From Vicinamibacteria bacterium (GTDB lineage: Bacteria > Acidobacteriota > Vicinamibacteria > Marinacidobacterales > Marinacidobacteraceae), in NCBI GenBank assembly GCA_964291235.2, contig OZ219815.1:256001-320000 (forward strand): a stretch of DNA of 64,000 nucleotides. Reading direction: 5' to 3'. Numbering within the stretch: the first letter of the stretch is position 1; every line of letters begins with the position of its first letter. Of this stretch, positions 1 through 10,241 are shown in pieces. Position numbers and translations under genes: made by a program. A model generated the notes under the pieces. It did no database searches. It worked only from the letters and a program-made list of their open reading frames with translations, and was not told where the DNA came from.

Positions 1-291
1 AGGCGTGGGGCGAGGAGGAGATGCTCCTCCGGTTCCGGGAAACCCGGGACCTGCTACGGGAGAAGCTCGGGGAACTCTTCGGGGTTTCGGCCGTGATCGG
101 TCCGGCGCGGACCGTCTGAGGGACCGCCGAAAAACCGGCGGCGGCGGCCCCGGTGCGGCGGCGTTGTCGGCCGCTCGAGATCCGGCCGACAACGCCTGAC
201 CCGAGGGTGGCACGGTCCTTGCGTTTTTCCAAGCACATCGCGTGCCGCGAATCTCCGCAAGGTGCGCGACTCACCACAAGGAGAGATCAAC

Positions 292-873
292 ATGACTACC
301 CTGATCCGTCGGCACCGCATCGTCCGGCCGCTCATGGCGCTCGCTGTCGTGGCGCTGACCGTCTCCTCGGCGGCGGCACGCGACGAGGCGACGAACGACC
401 TGTTCGAACAGATTCAGCGGCAGGTGCTCCGCTACTCGCGTTACACGGTGTTCGACGACATCAACGTCGGGATCTCCGGCGACGGTAACGTCGTGCTCAC
501 CGGGCACGTGACCTGGGGGTACAAGGCGAAGGAAATCGAGAAACGCGTCGCCGGCCTGGAGGGCGTGACGGCGGTGACCAACGAAATCGTGGTCCTGCCG
601 GTGTCGCAGTTCGACACCGAGTTGCGCTACCGGGTCGCCCGCGCGATCTACTCGAACCCCACGTTCTGGCGCTACGGCTCGCGCGTGAATCCACCGATCC
701 ACATCGTCGTGGACCGGGGACGCGTGAGGCTCACCGGCGTGGTCGCCACGGAAACGGAGCGGCGTCTGGCGCGGGCGCTCGCGAACCAGTTCGACGCCTT
801 CTCCGTGACCAACGAGATCCGGCTGCCGCAGGAGGTGGCGGACGAGCGCGAGCGCGCGGCAGAAGTCGGGTAA
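292..873 (+). CDS. BON-domain (OsmY-like) secreted protein, two BON domains
   Basis: RBS AAGGAGAG before ATG 292; signal peptide; two repeats of V.LTG.V......A..A...GV..V.NEI. Confidence 0.85.
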   Translation: MTTLIRRHRIVRPLMALAVVALTVSSAAARDEATNDLFEQIQRQVLRYSRYTVFDDINVGISGDGNVVLTGHVTWGYKAKEIEKRVAGLEGVTAVTNEIVVLPVSQFDTELRYRVARAIYSNPTFWRYGSRVNPPIHIVVDRGRVRLTGVVATETERRLARALANQFDAFSVTNEIRLPQEVADERERAAEVG

Positions 874-891
874 CCCCGCGCGGCGCATTCG

Positions 892-925
892 GCCCCGTCC
901 CGGTGTTCCGGGGCGGGGCTTTTTT
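892..925 (+). terminator. Rho-independent terminator
   Basis: GCCCCGTCCCGG-TGTT-CCGGGGCGGGGC hairpin followed by T6, just after the BON stop. Confidence 0.85.
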
Positions 926-965
926 CGTCCGTTCGCGCGCGGACGGCGCCGGCCGGCCCGGCGGC

Positions 966-2615
966 TCAGGCCCGCCGGCGCGCCAGGTCGGCGAGGGTGA
1001 TCTCCCGCGCCGCCTCCAGCGAGACGACCTCGAGACCCACCTCCGCGCCGGGCAACGCCTGGGCGAGGCGGGCGAGGTCGGGCGCGACCACGTTGCCGAT
1101 CTTGGGGTAACCGCCGGTGATGCCCTGGTCGGCGCCCATGACGATGGGATGGCCGCCCGGGGGCACCTGGATCGTCCCGTGCGGGTTCGCGTCCGAGACG
1201 ATCTCCTTCATCCCCTCGCGATGCGCGAGGAGGGGGCCGTCGAGCCGGACTCCCATCCGGTTCGAGTCGTTCGAGACCGTGAACCGCAGCTCGGGCAGCG
1301 TCTCCAGGCACTCGTCGGTAAAGGCGAACTCCTGGGGGCCGAGGCTGATCCGCAGGCGCAAGGGCCCCGGTTCGGCCGGCCGGCGGGCCTCGGGCTCAAA
1401 CCGGTTCTCGCGGGCTCCGGCAGGGGTGGAACCGAGGTGGAGCCGGTCGCCGGAACGAAGCGCCCGGCCCTCGAAGCCCCCGAGCGCCGCGGTCAGGTAG
1501 GTCGCCCGGGAGCCGAGCACCGCGGGCACGTCGATCCCGCCGGCGAACGCGAGGTAGGTCCGCATCCCGTCCGGGGGACCGGCGAAGCGGAGGACGCTCC
1601 CCGCCGGGGCCACGAACGAGGTCCCCGCCGGCACCGGCCAGCGGCCGCCGCCCGGCAGGTGCAGGACCCCGCGGTGATTCGCGCCGCCAAGCGCGGCGAG
1701 CACCGGTTGCAGAAAACGGAGCACCGGGCCCATGAGCGTGCATTCGAGTCCGGCGGCGCCGTCCGGGTTGCCGACCGCCCGGTTGGCGAATATCAAGGAG
1801 GCCGGGTCGGCGGCTCCCGACCAGGGGACGCCGTAGCGCTGGTATCCGGGACGGCCGAGGTCCTGGACGGTGGTCAGCAGCCCGCCCCGTTCCACCTCGA
1901 TCGCGGGGGGGCCGCTGGGCGGCGGAGGCGCGGGGGTGCTTGCCACGGACCGTTCCGGCAGCTCCCTGACCGGCTTGAACCGGACCTGATCGCCCGGCAC
2001 GCAGCCGCTCGGCGGGCTCTTGCCCGGATCGAAGAGGAGCGCCGGATCCATCCGCCCGAGGAGATGCCAGCCTCCGGGCGTCACCCAGGGATAGATGCCG
2101 GTCTGGGCGCGCGCCATGGCGACCGCGCCGGCCGGGACGCGCACGCGGGGCACGGAGCGCCGCGGGATGTCGAGGCGCGCGTCGGCCATCCCGAGATACG
2201 GGAAACCCGGGGTGAACCCGATGATGTAAACCCGGTAGTCGCGGCCGGAGTGGATCCGGATCAACTCCTCGACGGAGACCCCGACGGCGGCCGCCACCTC
2301 GGGTAGGTCCTCGCCGTCATAGACACAGGGAAACTCGATGTGGCGGGGCGGGGCCGGGGCCTCCCCGCCGGCGCGGCGGGCGAGGTCGAGCGCGTGGGCG
2401 CGGATGGCTTCCGGGTCCGCCTTCGGGTCGTGGAAGACGAGCACCGAGCGGAAGGTGGGGATCGCCTCCCGGAAGCCGTCGAACGGCTCCCGCTCGAGCA
2501 GCGCGGCGAGCGCGGTGGCGCGCGCATTCAGTTCGACGGAAATCTCGTTCCCGAACTCGACGGAGAAGGCGGACTCGCCCGCGTTGCGGAGACGCGGGTC
2601 CCGGTTGCCGGTCAA
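966..2615 (-). CDS. pxpBC: 5-oxoprolinase subunit B/C fusion (KipI-KipA / allophanate hydrolase-like)
   Basis: GFTPGFPY, PRVRVPAGAV, TGIYP..TPGGW (PxpB); TTVQDLGRPG, GGIDVP..LGSRAT, NRMG.RL, TGGYPKIG (PxpC); adjacent to pxpA. Confidence 0.9.
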   Translation of the reverse strand: MTGNRDPRLRNAGESAFSVEFGNEISVELNARATALAALLEREPFDGFREAIPTFRSVLVFHDPKADPEAIRAHALDLARRAGGEAPAPPRHIEFPCVYDGEDLPEVAAAVGVSVEELIRIHSGRDYRVYIIGFTPGFPYLGMADARLDIPRRSVPRVRVPAGAVAMARAQTGIYPWVTPGGWHLLGRMDPALLFDPGKSPPSGCVPGDQVRFKPVRELPERSVASTPAPPPPSGPPAIEVERGGLLTTVQDLGRPGYQRYGVPWSGAADPASLIFANRAVGNPDGAAGLECTLMGPVLRFLQPVLAALGGANHRGVLHLPGGGRWPVPAGTSFVAPAGSVLRFAGPPDGMRTYLAFAGGIDVPAVLGSRATYLTAALGGFEGRALRSGDRLHLGSTPAGARENRFEPEARRPAEPGPLRLRISLGPQEFAFTDECLETLPELRFTVSNDSNRMGVRLDGPLLAHREGMKEIVSDANPHGTIQVPPGGHPIVMGADQGITGGYPKIGNVVAPDLARLAQALPGAEVGLEVVSLEAAREITLADLARRRA

Positions 2616-2652
2616 CGGGGCCGACTGCGAGGAATCGCCAGGCCAGCGCTCG

Positions 2653-3408
2653 TCAGGCCAGGGCGCGGACGGCGACGCCGGCCGCTTCGAGCCGGCGCCG
2701 GACGGTCCGGGCGTTATCGAGAGCCGCCGGGTTGTCGCCGTGGAGGCAGAGCGTCTCGGCGGCGACCGGGACCTCGGTGCCGTCGTGGGCGATCACCGTC
2801 CCCTGGGCGATCGCGACCGCCTGCGCCGCCGCCTTTTCGGGATCGTGGATGACCGAACCCGGGATCCGCCGCGACTGGAGCGTTCCGTCGGGGTTGTAAA
2901 CCCGGTCCGCGAACGCCTCCCCGGCGAAGCGGAGTCCGGCCGCCTCGGCGGCTTCCCGCATGTTCTTCGAGGTGGCGAGCCCCACGAAGACGAGTCCCTG
3001 GTCGGCGCGCGCCACCGCGCGCGCCAGCGCGGCGGAGAGCTTCGGATCGCCGACGGCCTGGTTGTAGAGCGCGCCGTGCGGCTTCACGTGGACCATCCGT
3101 CCGTTCCGGGAGCGCACGAAGGCGGCGAGGGCGCCGACCTGGTAGAGAACGTCGGCCTCGACCTCCTCCACCGGGGCCTGGATCGGCCGCCGGCCGAAAC
3201 CCCGGAGATCGTGGTGGCCGGGATGGGCGCCGACCGCAACGCCCTTTGCCATCGCGAGCCCCACGGTGCGGTCCATGATGACCGGATCCCCGGCGTGGAA
3301 ACCGCAGGCGACGTTCGCCGAGGTGACGATCTCGAGGATCTCCTCGTCGCATCCAAGGTCGTAGTTGCCGAAGCTTTCGCCCATGTCACAGTTGAGATCG
3401 ATGCGCAT
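2653..3408 (-). CDS. pxpA: 5-oxoprolinase subunit A (LamB/YcsF)
   Basis: MRIDLNCDMGESFG, ANVACGFHAGDP, HVKPHGALYN, LCLHGD; start reassigned to ATG 3408. Confidence 0.95.
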   Translation of the reverse strand: MRIDLNCDMGESFGNYDLGCDEEILEIVTSANVACGFHAGDPVIMDRTVGLAMAKGVAVGAHPGHHDLRGFGRRPIQAPVEEVEADVLYQVGALAAFVRSRNGRMVHVKPHGALYNQAVGDPKLSAALARAVARADQGLVFVGLATSKNMREAAEAAGLRFAGEAFADRVYNPDGTLQSRRIPGSVIHDPEKAAAQAVAIAQGTVIAHDGTEVPVAAETLCLHGDNPAALDNARTVRRRLEAAGVAVRALA

Positions 3409-3587
3409 GTGTTGATTGTATGGAACGGCGCGAAAGCCCTTGAGACCGTAGGAGCGGCGGCCGCCGGCCGGCGTCGCCGCCCGCCGGGCCCCGAAACGGA
3501 TCAGCCCGATCCCCCCCACTCACACCATCCCCAACAAGAACGACTCAAACCCCCCAAATGCCGTACTACCCCGTTACAATCCGCGCC

Positions 3588-3674
3588 ATGGGTAAAGGTG
3601 ACCGGCGAACCAAACGCGGCAAGATCTTCCAGGGCACAACCGGGAAGCGGCGGCCGAAGCGGCGCAAAAAGTAA
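3588..3674 (+). CDS. thx: 30S ribosomal protein THX (bTHX/PSRP4 family), 28 aa
   Basis: Manual translation MGKGDRRTKRGKIFQGTTGKRRPKRRKK*, matching the THX pattern MGKGD.RT.RGKI..GT.GK.RP; TACAAT 7 nt upstream; below the ORF-track size cutoff. Confidence 0.9.
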   Translation: MGKGDRRTKRGKIFQGTTGKRRPKRRKK

Positions 3675-3679
3675 GTAGC

Positions 3680-4591
3680 GTGCCCGCCTCGGGCGGTGTG
3701 GTCCGCTATCTGCGGGCCAAGGGCTCAGTTGATGCCCGGTCGATCAATCCGGAGGTTCGGGAAGCCTGTACGCAGGCCCTCGCCCTGTTCCCGGTGGACC
3801 GGCCGCTCCGGGTCGTCGAACTCGGAGGAGGCGCGGGGGGTGCGTTCCGCACCTGGATCTCACTCCTGGCGGGCTTCCGGCGCGTGGAGTTCACCGCCAC
3901 CGACCGGGAAGCCGGTGTGCTCGAGGCCTATCGGGAGGAAGCGGGGTCCTGGGCGGGCGACGAAGGATTTGGGCGGGTCGGCGATGACCCGGGCTCCCTC
4001 CGGTTCGAAGGCGACGGCCGCACCGTCACCCTGCGCCTCCGTGAGTGCGTGACGCCGGAGGGATTCGACGAGCAGGACGAAGCCTCCTTCGATCTCATGC
4101 TCGCCCAGTCCTTTTGGGATCTCGTCCCGCCGGGAACCGGCCTCGCTCTCGGACGTCGGCTGCTCGTCCCGGGCGGCATCTTCTACTCGACCCTCACCTT
4201 CAGCGGCGCGACGCGCTTCGCGCCGTCGCATGACCTCGACCGGCGGCTGCTGCAGTGCTACCACGCGAGCATGGGGGGAGAGCGCGGCGGAGATCCCTAC
4301 GCCGGGGAACGGCTCCTCGGCGCGGTGCGCATGCCCGACTCGGGTTTTTCGGAGCTGGCGTCGGGGCGCTCGGACTGGCGGGTCGTCCCGGTGGGCGAGG
4401 GGTATCCGGAGGACGAGGCGTTCTTCCTGTTGGCGGTGCTCGGCTTCGTGGAGAAGGAACTGCTCACCTCGGGCGAGATCCGCGAGGACGAACTGGACTG
4501 GTGGATGCGCGACCGGCGCCGGCAACTGAGGGACAGCCAGCTCTCCTACGCCGCCCGCCAGCAGGACCTGGTCGCGCGCCGGGACCGCTAG
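3680..4591 (+). CDS. Class I SAM-dependent methyltransferase
   Basis: VVELGGGAG motif I, FDLM..QSFWDL; starts 5 nt after the thx stop. Confidence 0.75.
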   Translation: MPASGGVVRYLRAKGSVDARSINPEVREACTQALALFPVDRPLRVVELGGGAGGAFRTWISLLAGFRRVEFTATDREAGVLEAYREEAGSWAGDEGFGRVGDDPGSLRFEGDGRTVTLRLRECVTPEGFDEQDEASFDLMLAQSFWDLVPPGTGLALGRRLLVPGGIFYSTLTFSGATRFAPSHDLDRRLLQCYHASMGGERGGDPYAGERLLGAVRMPDSGFSELASGRSDWRVVPVGEGYPEDEAFFLLAVLGFVEKELLTSGEIREDELDWWMRDRRRQLRDSQLSYAARQQDLVARRDR

Positions 4592-4595
4592 CCGG

Positions 4596-5735
4596 TCAGC
4601 TGGCGGGCGGGCGAGCCGCGATCAGCCGGTCCACCTCGGTCTTCAGACGCGCCAGGATCTGGTCGTAGGGGTAGGCCCCGAGCGACTCCGGTCCCTTCTT
4701 CAGGTTCACGAACGCCGGTCCGCACCAGAGCCCGAGGTCGGCGTCGTCCGTCTCGCCGGGGCCGTTCACCCGGCAGCCCATCACCGCGATGGTGATCGCG
4801 TGGCGCTCCGCGTAGCGGGTCATCTCCCGGACGTCCTCGGCGAGCTCGATGAACTTCTCGTTCTCGACGCGCGAGCAGGACGGGCAGGAAATGATGTTCA
4901 GCTTGTCCTTCGGGAACTCCGGAACCGAGCGGAAGCGGCCATTCGCGATGTCGGTGAGGATCTGGTGGCCGGCCTGAACCTCCTCCGGTTTCCGGGGGTT
5001 CGGGAGGGTGAGCGAGACCCGGACGGTGTCGCCGATGCCGCGGCTGACGAGTTGTTCGAAGGCGATCCGCGTCTTGATGATGCCCTCGGGGGGCATCCCG
5101 GCCTCGGTGACCCCGAGGTGGAGGGGCACGTCGGGCCGCTCGTCGGCGAAGCGGCGGTTGCCCTCGATCACGTTCGCCGGGTCCGAATCCTTGAGGGAGA
5201 CCACGTAGCGGGTGAACCCCAGCCGGTCGAGCATCTCGCAGTGCTCGGCGGCGGACTGCACCATCGCACCGACCGGATCGTCGTGGAAGCGGTCCTGGTG
5301 CGCCGGGTCCATGGAGCCGCAGTTGACCCCGATGCGGATCGCGCAGTCGTGTTCTCCGGCGACGTCCGCGAGGTAGCGCACCTTGTCGGCTACCGGCCGG
5401 GTGGTCTCGTGGTGCCAGAGGTGGCCCGGGTTGTAGCGGATCTTGTCCACGTGGGGGGCGACGGTCTCGGCGAGCCGGTAGCTCTCCTGGAGATCCACCA
5501 CGAGGTTGGCGCCCGTGCGCTTCCGGATCTCGGCGAGCGCGTCCACGTCCTTCTGGCTGTCCACCGCGATCCGCACGATCCCGGCGCCGGCCTCGCGGAG
5601 CGCTTCGGCCTGGGCGGAGGTGGCCTCCACGTCCTGGGTGTGGGTGGCGCACATGCTCTGCACCACGATCGGGGCGCCGTCGCCGACGGCGACGCCGCCG
5701 ATGGCGACGCGCCGGGTGGGGTTCCGCTCCGTCAT
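4596..5735 (-). CDS. ispG: 4-hydroxy-3-methylbut-2-enyl diphosphate synthase
   Basis: [62 protein letters not shown]. Confidence 0.95.
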   Translation of the reverse strand: MTERNPTRRVAIGGVAVGDGAPIVVQSMCATHTQDVEATSAQAEALREAGAGIVRIAVDSQKDVDALAEIRKRTGANLVVDLQESYRLAETVAPHVDKIRYNPGHLWHHETTRPVADKVRYLADVAGEHDCAIRIGVNCGSMDPAHQDRFHDDPVGAMVQSAAEHCEMLDRLGFTRYVVSLKDSDPANVIEGNRRFADERPDVPLHLGVTEAGMPPEGIIKTRIAFEQLVSRGIGDTVRVSLTLPNPRKPEEVQAGHQILTDIANGRFRSVPEFPKDKLNIISCPSCSRVENEKFIELAEDVREMTRYAERHAITIAVMGCRVNGPGETDDADLGLWCGPAFVNLKKGPESLGAYPYDQILARLKTEVDRLIAARPPAS

Positions 5736-5790
5736 GGTCGGAATGTTAGGCGGGTGGGCGTAGGATTGCCGCCCTGAGGAGCCCGCGCCC

Positions 5791-6918
5791 ATGAAGTTTG
5801 AACCGTTCGTGATGGAACGCTGTCTTTGCCGGTGGGAAAACACCGTCCGGCTGAACATCTCGGAGAGCGGCGTCCACCCGATGACGCTCGCCGAACTCGC
5901 GGGGGACACGGACCTGGGCGACACCCTGCTCGGCTACACCCAGAGCAACGGCACGCTCCCGCTCCGTGAGCGCATCGCGGCGCTCTACCCCGGATCGACG
6001 CCGGACCAGATCCTCGTGACCACCGGCACCGCCGAGGCCAACTTCCTGTCGGCCCTGACCACCCTGTCGCCCGGCGACGAGGTGATCTCGATGATCCCCA
6101 ACTACATGCAGATCATCGGGGCGTGCCGATCGCTCGGCGCCCGGGTCATCCCGTTCCCGCTGGTCGAGGAAGACGGCTGGCGGCCCGACTTCGACGCCCT
6201 CGACGCCGCGGTCAGCGACCGCACGAAGATGATCCTCATCTGCAACCCGAACAACCCGAGCGGCGCGGTGCTGACCGAGCCCGAGATGGACCGGATCGTG
6301 GCTGCCGCGGAGCGCTGCGGCGCCTGGCTGCTGGCGGACGAGGTGTACCGGGGAGCGGAACTCAGCGGCGAGGAGTGCCCGACCTTCTGGGGACGGACAG
6401 ATCGGGTTCTCCTGAACGCCGGGCTCTCGAAGGCGTTCGGGCTACCCGGCCTCCGGGTCGGCTGGACGGTCACCACCGAGGCGAAGGCGACCGAACTGTG
6501 GAGTCACCGGGACTACAGCAGCCTCGCGCTGAGTGCGATGTCCGACCGGCTGGCGCAGATCGCGCTCGACCGGCGGCCCGAGATCCTGGAACGCACCCGG
6601 GGCATCATCCGCCGGCAACTCCCGATGGTCTATGACTGGGTGGCGTCCCACGCGAACCATCCGGTGGGGCTGAGCTGGACGCCGCCGCTCGCGGGCGCGA
6701 TCGCCGCGGTCCGCTACGACCACCCGATCGGATCCGAGGACCTCATCGAACGCCTCCGCATCGAGCGGAGCCTGCTGGTGGTGCCCGCGCACCACTTCGA
6801 GATGGACGGCTTCCTCCGGATCGGCTTCGGCGCCGAACCGGAGGTCCTGGCCGAAAGCCTCACCATCATCAGCGACGTCCTCGCCGAGGTCGCCGAAGAA
6901 ACCCTCGTCCACGCGTAG
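5791..6918 (+). CDS. PLP-dependent aminotransferase class I/II
   Basis: [35 protein letters not shown]. Confidence 0.9.
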   Translation: MKFEPFVMERCLCRWENTVRLNISESGVHPMTLAELAGDTDLGDTLLGYTQSNGTLPLRERIAALYPGSTPDQILVTTGTAEANFLSALTTLSPGDEVISMIPNYMQIIGACRSLGARVIPFPLVEEDGWRPDFDALDAAVSDRTKMILICNPNNPSGAVLTEPEMDRIVAAAERCGAWLLADEVYRGAELSGEECPTFWGRTDRVLLNAGLSKAFGLPGLRVGWTVTTEAKATELWSHRDYSSLALSAMSDRLAQIALDRRPEILERTRGIIRRQLPMVYDWVASHANHPVGLSWTPPLAGAIAAVRYDHPIGSEDLIERLRIERSLLVVPAHHFEMDGFLRIGFGAEPEVLAESLTIISDVLAEVAEETLVHA

Positions 6919-6963
6919 CGGCTAGGACAGCCCCTCACGAGCACGGACGGCGGGCGACCGCAA

Positions 6964-7015
6964 GGGAACGCCGGCCTCCAGGCCGGCACAGCCCCGCAAA
7001 GCGGGGCGGCGGGAC
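6964..7015 (+). repeat. REP-like palindrome, family A
   Basis: GGGAAC-GCCGGCC-TCCA-GGCCGGC-ACAGC followed by a second hairpin CCCGC-AAA-GCGGG; related copies at 7605, 21921-22330, 23957, 34409, 34533, 45056/46321, 46418. Confidence 0.8.
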
Positions 7016-7098
7016 GGTCCCTCACGCTCGCGGACGTTCCCCGTCTCGGCGCAGTCCCCCACTTCGCCCCGCAGCGCAGCGAAACGCGCAACGAACGA

Positions 7099-7491
7099 TC
7101 AGAGCCCGGAGGGCGGTCCGTGATGGATCTCGATCATCGTCTCGATGCGTGTAACCCGGCCCGACAGATCCTGTATCTCCGAGCGGAGCCCGGAGATCTC
7201 CCCGTGAACGCTTTGCTGGAATTGCAGAAGCTGCCCGCTGAGCGACGTGTATGCGAGGGCGCCCGCCCCCAACATGGCCGCCAGCAACGCGAACAGCCCC
7301 GCCAGCAGGGCGATCTGAATCCGGTCGGCTCGGGCGAGTGATTCACGGGAACGGACGCCGGTCCCGGCCGACGGTTCTACGGGAGCGCGTCCCATCGATC
7401 GTTCGTCACCGCCATCCGGCTCAGTATAGGGCCGGGGTGGCGGCTGTGGCGATGGCGCACCGAGGTGGGCGCGCGCGGTCGTTTCGGTCAT
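7099..7491 (-). CDS. Hypothetical single-TM protein with C-terminal coiled coil
   Basis: Hydrophobic IALLAGLFALLAAMLGAGALAY then heptad-like EISGLRSEIQDLSGRVTRIETMI; flanked by REP copies. Confidence 0.65.
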   Translation of the reverse strand: MTETTARAHLGAPSPQPPPRPYTEPDGGDERSMGRAPVEPSAGTGVRSRESLARADRIQIALLAGLFALLAAMLGAGALAYTSLSGQLLQFQQSVHGEISGLRSEIQDLSGRVTRIETMIEIHHGPPSGL

Positions 7492-7604
7492 GGACAGGAA
7501 CCCTCCACAACCTCAGACGAAAAACGGCGTGTTCTTGTCCCACCTAACGACCCAGTGTGGAAAACTCGCGCCGAAGCCTCGGGCTCCCACAGGGAGACCT
7601 AGCT

Positions 7605-7644
7605 ACCGGCCTCCAGGCCGGCACAGCCCGCCGTAGGCGGGCGG
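7605..7644 (+). repeat. REP-like palindrome, family A
   Basis: CCGGCCTCCAGGCCGGCACAGCCCGCCGTAGGCGGGCGG. Confidence 0.75.
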
Positions 7645-7686
7645 AGCGCGCAGCGCAGCGCTCCCAGAAGGCTCGGCCGCCGGACC

Positions 7687-8991
7687 TCAGCCCGCCGGAA
7701 CCGGCCGCTCGTCGTACCCCAGGTAGAGCTGCTTCGGCCGAGCGATCTTCTGCTCCGGATCCTCCAGCATCTCCTGCCACTGGGCGAGCCAGCCTGACAT
7801 CCGCGGCACCGCGAACAGCACCGGGAAGAGGCCGACCGGGAACCCGAGCGCCTCGTAGATGATCCCGGAGTAGAAGTCCACGTTCGGGTAGAGGCGGCGC
7901 CGGACGAAGTAGTCCTCCTGGAGCGCGATCCGCTCCAGCTCGAGCGCGATGTCGATCTTCGGGTTCTTGCCGGTGATCTCGAAGACCTCGTAGGCGGTCT
8001 TCTTGATGATCTTGGCGCGGGGGTCGTAGCTCTTGTAAACCCGATGGCCGAAGCCCATGAGACGCCGGGACCCGCTCTTGACCTCTTTGAGGAACTCGCC
8101 GACCCGGTCCTTGCTCCCGATCTCGGTGAGCATCTTCAGCACGGCTTCATTGGCGCCGCCGTGGAGCGGGCCGTAGAGCGCCGCGGAGGCAGCGGCCGCC
8201 GAGGAGTAGGGGTCGGCGTGCGAGCTGCCCACCCCGCGCATCGCCGAGGTGGAGCAGTTCTGCTCGTGGTCAACGTGCAGAATGAAGAGGACGTCCATAG
8301 CGCTCGCGAGCGCGGGATCGATTGCGGCGTCCTCGCCGAACACCATCCGCAGGAAGTTCGCGGGGAAGCTCAGGCTCTCGTCCGGCGCCACCGGTGCGAG
8401 GCCCTTGCCGTGCCGGTAGGTCATCGCGGCGAGGGTGGACGCGGCGGCGATCAGCCGGCGGATGTGGAACGCGCGGCACTCGGGGTCGGTGACGTTCTTC
8501 GAGTCGGGATGATGGGCGCCCAGCCCGGAGAGCAGCGCGATGAACATCGCCATCGGGTGGCCATCCCGCGCGAATCCGTCGAGCATCCGCGGCAGCGGGT
8601 CGGAGACGGCCTGGAGGGCCCGGACCTCGGCCCGCCAGCTTGCGCTCTCCTCGGGCGTCGGCAGTTCGCCGTTCAGGACCAGCCAGGCGATGTCGAGATA
8701 GGTGTGGCGTCCGGCGAGCTGTTCGATGGGATAACCGCGGTAGCGAAGGATCCCCTTGTCGCCGTCGATGTAGGTGATCCGGCTGATGCAGGCCGCGGTG
8801 TTCTTGAAGGCCGGGTCGTAGGCGGCGATCCCCGGGTCATCGTCCCCGGCGCGCACCTGGCTGAGCCCCGCGGCGCGGATCGCGCCGTGCTCGATATCGA
8901 GGCGGTAGTCTGCTCCGGTGCGGCTGTCGGTGAGGGTCAGAGCCCCCTCGCGAAGAGGGCCGTCGGCTTCCGTTCCGTTCTTTTCGCTCAA
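7687..8991 (-). CDS. gltA: Citrate synthase
   Basis: ITYIDGDKGILRYRGY, DHEQNCST, GPLHGGANE, LMGFGHRVYK, YPNVDFYSG. Confidence 0.97.
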   Translation of the reverse strand: MSEKNGTEADGPLREGALTLTDSRTGADYRLDIEHGAIRAAGLSQVRAGDDDPGIAAYDPAFKNTAACISRITYIDGDKGILRYRGYPIEQLAGRHTYLDIAWLVLNGELPTPEESASWRAEVRALQAVSDPLPRMLDGFARDGHPMAMFIALLSGLGAHHPDSKNVTDPECRAFHIRRLIAAASTLAAMTYRHGKGLAPVAPDESLSFPANFLRMVFGEDAAIDPALASAMDVLFILHVDHEQNCSTSAMRGVGSSHADPYSSAAAASAALYGPLHGGANEAVLKMLTEIGSKDRVGEFLKEVKSGSRRLMGFGHRVYKSYDPRAKIIKKTAYEVFEITGKNPKIDIALELERIALQEDYFVRRRLYPNVDFYSGIIYEALGFPVGLFPVLFAVPRMSGWLAQWQEMLEDPEQKIARPKQLYLGYDERPVPAG

Positions 8992-9072
8992 GGGCGCGCG
9001 ATTTTACCCGGTGAACATGCCGAAACCGATACAGGAAAAACGACCGCGGGGGCCGATTCCGGCGAGAGACGC

Positions 9073-10233
9073 ATGATGGGCGGGCAGCGATTCGCCGAAG
9101 TCGCCATCGTGGGCGGCGGGGTGATCGGGGCCTCGATCGCCGCTCATCTGGCCGAGCGGAAGGTCGGCCGAGTGGTGGTTTTCGAGCGCGAGGACGCTCT
9201 GGGGACCGGTTCCACCGCCAAGGCCGCCGGCGGCGTGCGGCTTCAGTTCACCACCGCAGCGAACGTGGCGCTGTCCCGATATTCCATGGAAGAGATCCGC
9301 AACTTCAAGGAGCGGACGGGGGTGGACGCCGACTTCGCGCAGGACGGGTATCTGTTCCTGCTGAACTCGGAGGAGGATTTGGCGCGGTTCTCCGAGACGG
9401 CGGTGGTGCAGCGGGCGCTGGGGGCGCCGGTGGAGGTGATCACCCCGGAGGAGGCGCGGCGGCTCCTGCCCGGGATCCGGACGGACGACCTGGTGGGTGC
9501 GACGTTTTGCGGGGAGGACGGGGTGGCGACGCCGGCGGCGCTGGTGGCGGGGTACGGGTCGCTGGCGCGGCGCGCGGGCGCGGAGCTGCGGCGCGGGTGC
9601 GAGGTGACCGAGATTTCGGTGGCCGAGGGGGGTGGTTTTGCCTTTGTCGCTGGCGGAGAGCGGTGGGAGTGCGAGTGGCTTGTGAATGCCGCGGGGCCGT
9701 GGGCAGGTCCGGTGGGGGCGTTGCTCGGGGTGGATGTTCCGGTCTCGCCGGTGCGGCGACAGTTCTTCACGACGGAACCGCTGTCGTGGGTTCCGGAACG
9801 GATGCCGCTGACCATCGATTGGGGGACCGGCGTTTACCTGCACCTCCACAGCGGCGGGATGCTCATCGGCAACTCGGACCCCGACGAACCGCCCGGGTTC
9901 TCCCAGACTCCGGATCTGGACTATCTGGCCGGAGTTTGGGAGGACGCGGCGCGGCGGTTACCCCGGGTGGAGGAGGCGTCGATGAAGACGCTGAACGCGG
10001 GGTTGTATGAGGTGTCGCCGGATCACAACGCGATCCTGGGTCCGGTGCCGGGGCTGCCGCGGTTTGTCCTGGCGAATGGATTCTCGGGGCACGGGATGCA
10101 GCATGCCCCGGCGGTGGGGAGGGTGATCTCCGAGGTCATCGCGGATGGGGAGTCCCGGACGCTGGACATCGCGCCGTTCTCGGTGGCGCGGTTCACGGCA
10201 GGGCTCAGGCTGCCCGAGCGGAACGTCATCTGA
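9073..10233 (+). CDS. FAD-dependent oxidoreductase (DadA / sarcosine oxidase beta family)
   Basis: IVGGGVIG, GSTAKAAGG, VNAAGPWA, SPDHNAILG, GFSGHGMQHAPAVG; the 8044 start in the ORF track is an antisense extension over gltA. Confidence 0.9.
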   Translation: MMGGQRFAEVAIVGGGVIGASIAAHLAERKVGRVVVFEREDALGTGSTAKAAGGVRLQFTTAANVALSRYSMEEIRNFKERTGVDADFAQDGYLFLLNSEEDLARFSETAVVQRALGAPVEVITPEEARRLLPGIRTDDLVGATFCGEDGVATPAALVAGYGSLARRAGAELRRGCEVTEISVAEGGGFAFVAGGERWECEWLVNAAGPWAGPVGALLGVDVPVSPVRRQFFTTEPLSWVPERMPLTIDWGTGVYLHLHSGGMLIGNSDPDEPPGFSQTPDLDYLAGVWEDAARRLPRVEEASMKTLNAGLYEVSPDHNAILGPVPGLPRFVLANGFSGHGMQHAPAVGRVISEVIADGESRTLDIAPFSVARFTAGLRLPERNVI

Positions 10234-10241
10234 CAACGCGG

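Noticed and set aside
903-2306. Long antisense or alternate-frame ORFs (also 2338..3678, 12099..13541, 27713..29731, 31483..33552, 52829..54787, 55342..57546)
   Set aside because: Shadow ORFs of well-supported genes in high-GC DNA, with no recognisable motifs
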